Source: Eledone cirrhosa (taxonomy: Eukaryota). From it: a DNA stretch of 64,000 bases. The position numbers were made by a program, and so were the translations under genes. The stretch is taken from positions 249,054,001-249,118,000 of the forward strand of contig OZ024741.1 of NCBI GenBank assembly GCA_964016885.1, written 5' to 3'. Under the pieces are notes generated by a model. The model made no database searches and had not been told where the DNA came from. It saw only the letters and a program-made list of their open reading frames with translations. Positions 61,101 to 64,000 of this stretch are shown here, piece after piece (position 1 is the first letter of the stretch; every line of letters begins with the position of its first letter).

Positions 61101-64000
61101 GGGAGATAATTTTTTTAAAAAAATCAGGCGGAGATAATTTGTAAACAAAAATCAGGGGGAGATAATTTGTAAAAAAAAATCAGGGGGAGATAATTTGTAA
61201 AAAAAAATCAGGGGGAGATAATTTGTAAAAAAAATCAAGGGGAGATAATTTCCAGCCGTCCAAGGGGAGGTAATATCTAGCCATCCAAGGGGAGATAATT
61301 TCCAGCCGTCCAAGGGGAGATAATTTCCAGCCGTCCAAGGGGAGATAATATCCAGCCGTTCAAGGAGACATATTTTCCAGCCGTCCAAGGAGACGTAATT
61401 TCTAGCCGTCCAAGGGGAGATAAGTTCCAGCCTCCAAGGGGAGATAATTTCCAGCCAGCCAAGGGGAGATAATTTGTAAAAAAATTAGGGGGAGATAATT
61501 TGTAAAAAAAAATTAGAGGGAGATAATTTGTAAAAAAAAATCAGGGGGAGATAATTTGTAAAAAAAAATCAGGGGGAGATAATTTGTAAAAAAAAATCAG
61601 GGGGAGATAATTTGTAAAAAAAAAATCAGGCAGAGATAATTTGTAAAAAAATCAAGGGGAGATAATTTCCAGCCGTCCAAGGGGAGATAATTTTCAGCCG
61701 TCCAAGGAGAGGTAATTTCTAGCCGTCCAAGGGGAGATAATTTCCAGCCGTCCAAGGGGAGATAATTTTTTTTAAAAAATCAGGCGGAGATAATTTGTAA
61801 ACAAAAATCAGGGGGAGATAATTTGTAAAAAAAAATCAGGGGGAGATAATTTGTAAAAAAAATCAGGGGGAGATAATTTGTAAAAAAAATCAAGGGGAGA
61901 TAATTTGTAAAAAAAAATCAGGGGTAGATAATTTGTAAAAAAAAATCAGGGGGAGATAATTTGTAAAAAAAAAATCAGGGGGAGATAATTTGTAAAAAAA
62001 TCAAGGGGAGATAATTTCCAGCCGTCCAAGGGGAGATAATTTTCAGCCGTCCAAGGAGAGGTAATTTCTAGCCGTCCAAGGGGAGATAATTTCCAGCCAG
62101 CCAAGGGGAGATAATTTGTAAAAAAATCAGGGGTAGATAATTTGTAAAAAAAAATCAGGGGGAGATAATTTGTAAAAAAAATCAGGGGAAGATAATTTGT
62201 AAAAAAAATCAGGGGTAGATAATTTCCAGCCGTCCAAGGGGAGATAATATCCATCCTTCCAAGGGGAGATAATTTCCAGCCGTCCAAGGGGAGATGATTT
62301 CCCGCCAGCCAAGGAGAGATAACATTTAAAAAAATCAGGCGGAGATAATTTGTAAAAAAAATCAGGGGGAGATAATTTGTAAAAAAAAAATCAGGGGGAG
62401 ATAATTTGTAAAAAAATCAGGGGGAGATAATTTGTAAAAAAAAAATCAGGGGGAGATAATTTGTAAAAAAAATCAGGGGGAGATAATTTGTAGAAAAAAT
62501 CAGGGGTAGATAATTTGTAAAAAAAATCAGGGGGAGATAATTTGTAAAAAAAATCAGGGGGAGATAATTTGTAAAAAAAATCAGGGGTAGATAATTTTCA
62601 GCCGTCCAAGGGGAGATAATTTCCATCCTTCCAAGGGGAGATAATTTCCAGCCGTCCAAGGGGAGATAATTTCCCGCCAGCCAAGGAGAGATAACATTTA
62701 AAAAAATCAGGCGGAGATAATTTGTAAAAAAAATCAGGTGGAGATAATTTGTAAAAAAATCAGGGGGAGATAATTTGTAAAAAAAAACAGGGGTAGATAA
62801 TTTCCAGCCGTCCAAGGGGAGATAATTTCCATCCTTCCAAGGGGAGATAATTTCCAGCCGTCCAAGGGGAGATAATTTCCCGCCAGCCAAGGAGAGATAA
62901 TATTTAAAAAAATCAGGCGGAGATAATTTGTAAAAAAAATCAGGGGGAGATAATTTTTAAAAAAATCAGGGGGAGATAATTTGTAAAAAAAAATCAGGGG
63001 GAGATAATTTGTAAAAAAAATCAGGGGGAGATAATTTGTAAAAAAAATCAGGGGTAGATAATTTGTAAAAAAAAATCAGGGGGAGATAATTTGTAAAAAA
63101 AAAATCAGGGGGAGATAATTTGTAAAAAAATCAAGGTGAGATAATTTCCAGCCGTCCAAGGGGAGATAATTTTCAGCCTTCCAAGGAGAGGTAATTTCTA
63201 GCCGTCCAAGGGGAGATAATTTCCAGCCGTCCAAGGGGAGATAATTTTTTTAAAAAAATCAGGCGGAGATAATTTGTAAACAAAAATCAGGGGGAGATAA
63301 TTTGTAAAAAAAAAATCAGGGGGAGATAATTTGTAAAAAAAAATCAGGGGGAGATAATTTGTAAAAAAAATCAAGGGGAGATAATTTCCAGCCGTCCAAG
63401 GGGAGGTAATATCTAGCCATCCAAGGGGAGATAATTTCCAGCCGTCCAAGGGGAGATAATTTCCAGCCGTCCAAGGGGAGATAATATCCAGCCGTCCAAG
63501 GAGACATATTTTCCAGCCGTCCAAGGATAGGTAATTTCTAGCCGTCCAAGGGGAGATAAGTTCCAGCCTCCAAGGGGAGATAATTTCCAGCCAGCCAAGG
63601 GGAGATAATTTGTAAAAAAATCAGGGGGAGATAATTTGTAAAAAAAAAATCAGGGGGAGATAATTTGTAAAAAAATCAGGGGGAGATAATTTGTAAAAAA
63701 AAAATCAGGGGGAGATAATTTGTAAAAAAAATCAGGGGGAGATAATTTGTAAAAAAAATCAGGGGTAGATAATTTGTAAAAAAAATCAGGGGGAGATAAT
63801 TTGTAAAAAAAATCAGGGGGAGATAATTTGTAAAAAAAATCAGGGGTAGATAATTTTCAGCCGTCCAAGGGGAGATAATTTCCATCCTTCCAAGGGGAGA
63901 TAATTTCCAGCCGTCCAAGGGGAGATAATTTCCCGCCAGCCAAGGAGAGATAACATTTAAAAAAATCAGGCGGAGATAATTTGTAAAAAAATCAGGGGGA

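Larger units (their letters stand above)
1..64000 (+). repeat. Satellite DNA array of two related monomers (25 bp type A, 26-29 bp type B), head-to-tail, extending past both window edges
   Basis: The core GGGGAGATAATTT or a close variant recurs every 23-29 bp throughout. I found no unique sequence and no inverted segment. Confidence 0.98.

Noticed and set aside
94-63918. Many minus-strand ORFs of 60-263 aa (NYLPLIFFT, KLSPPDFFY and DGWKLSPLG repeats)
   Set aside because: They are translations of the satellite in overlapping frames. Most start at non-ATG codons, monomer lengths of 25-29 bp do not preserve frame, and there is no recognisable domain. The minus-strand bias reflects TAA stops in the plus-strand core.
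1-64000. CRISPR array or other repeat-spacer system
   Set aside because: The constant part is only about 13 bp, the intervening sequences are two recurrent tails rather than unique spacers, and there is no leader or cas gene.
1-64000. Telomerase-type telomeric repeat (G-rich strand, occasional TTAGGGGG such as 1502 and 1530)
   Set aside because: TTAGGG arises only from a sporadic C-to-T variant of TCAGGG. Two monomer types with heritable kilobase-scale higher-order structure point to recombinational amplification rather than templated addition. A subtelomeric location is not excluded.
1-64000. Pure sequencing artefact, concatemer or simple slippage product
   Set aside because: Rare variants and homopolymer lengths recur at exact long-range offsets in a hierarchical pattern, which random error would not produce. 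Copy number of the largest duplication still needs read validation.
1-64000. Embedded transposon, RNA gene, inversion or unique island
   Set aside because: No stretch departs from the two monomer types or switches strand in my read-through.

Overview
The whole 64 kb window is one uninterrupted, single-orientation, non-coding tandem repeat (satellite DNA) of roughly 2,400 short monomers. I see no genes, RNA genes, transposon insertions or unique sequence. Two monomer types share the core GGGGAGATAATTT: type A is 25 bp (GGGGAGATAATTTCCAGCCGTCCAA, 52% GC) and type B is 26-29 bp (GGGGGAGATAATTTGT-A7..10-TCA, about 30% GC). A monomers form a small set of fixed-order cassettes (here P, Q, R, R', S) separated by runs of B monomers whose A-tract lengths are conserved between copies. 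Cassettes build imperfect ~3.0-3.4 kb higher-order units. The centre contains nested recent tandem duplications (951 bp inside 3,510 bp inside 14,347 bp), and both window ends share variants absent from the centre. All listed ORFs are artefacts of the repeat. The size and architecture suggest eukaryotic (peri)centromeric or heterochromatic satellite, but organism, location and function cannot be determined from this sequence. Periods come from ORF-track offsets and spot checks by eye, not from a computed alignment.
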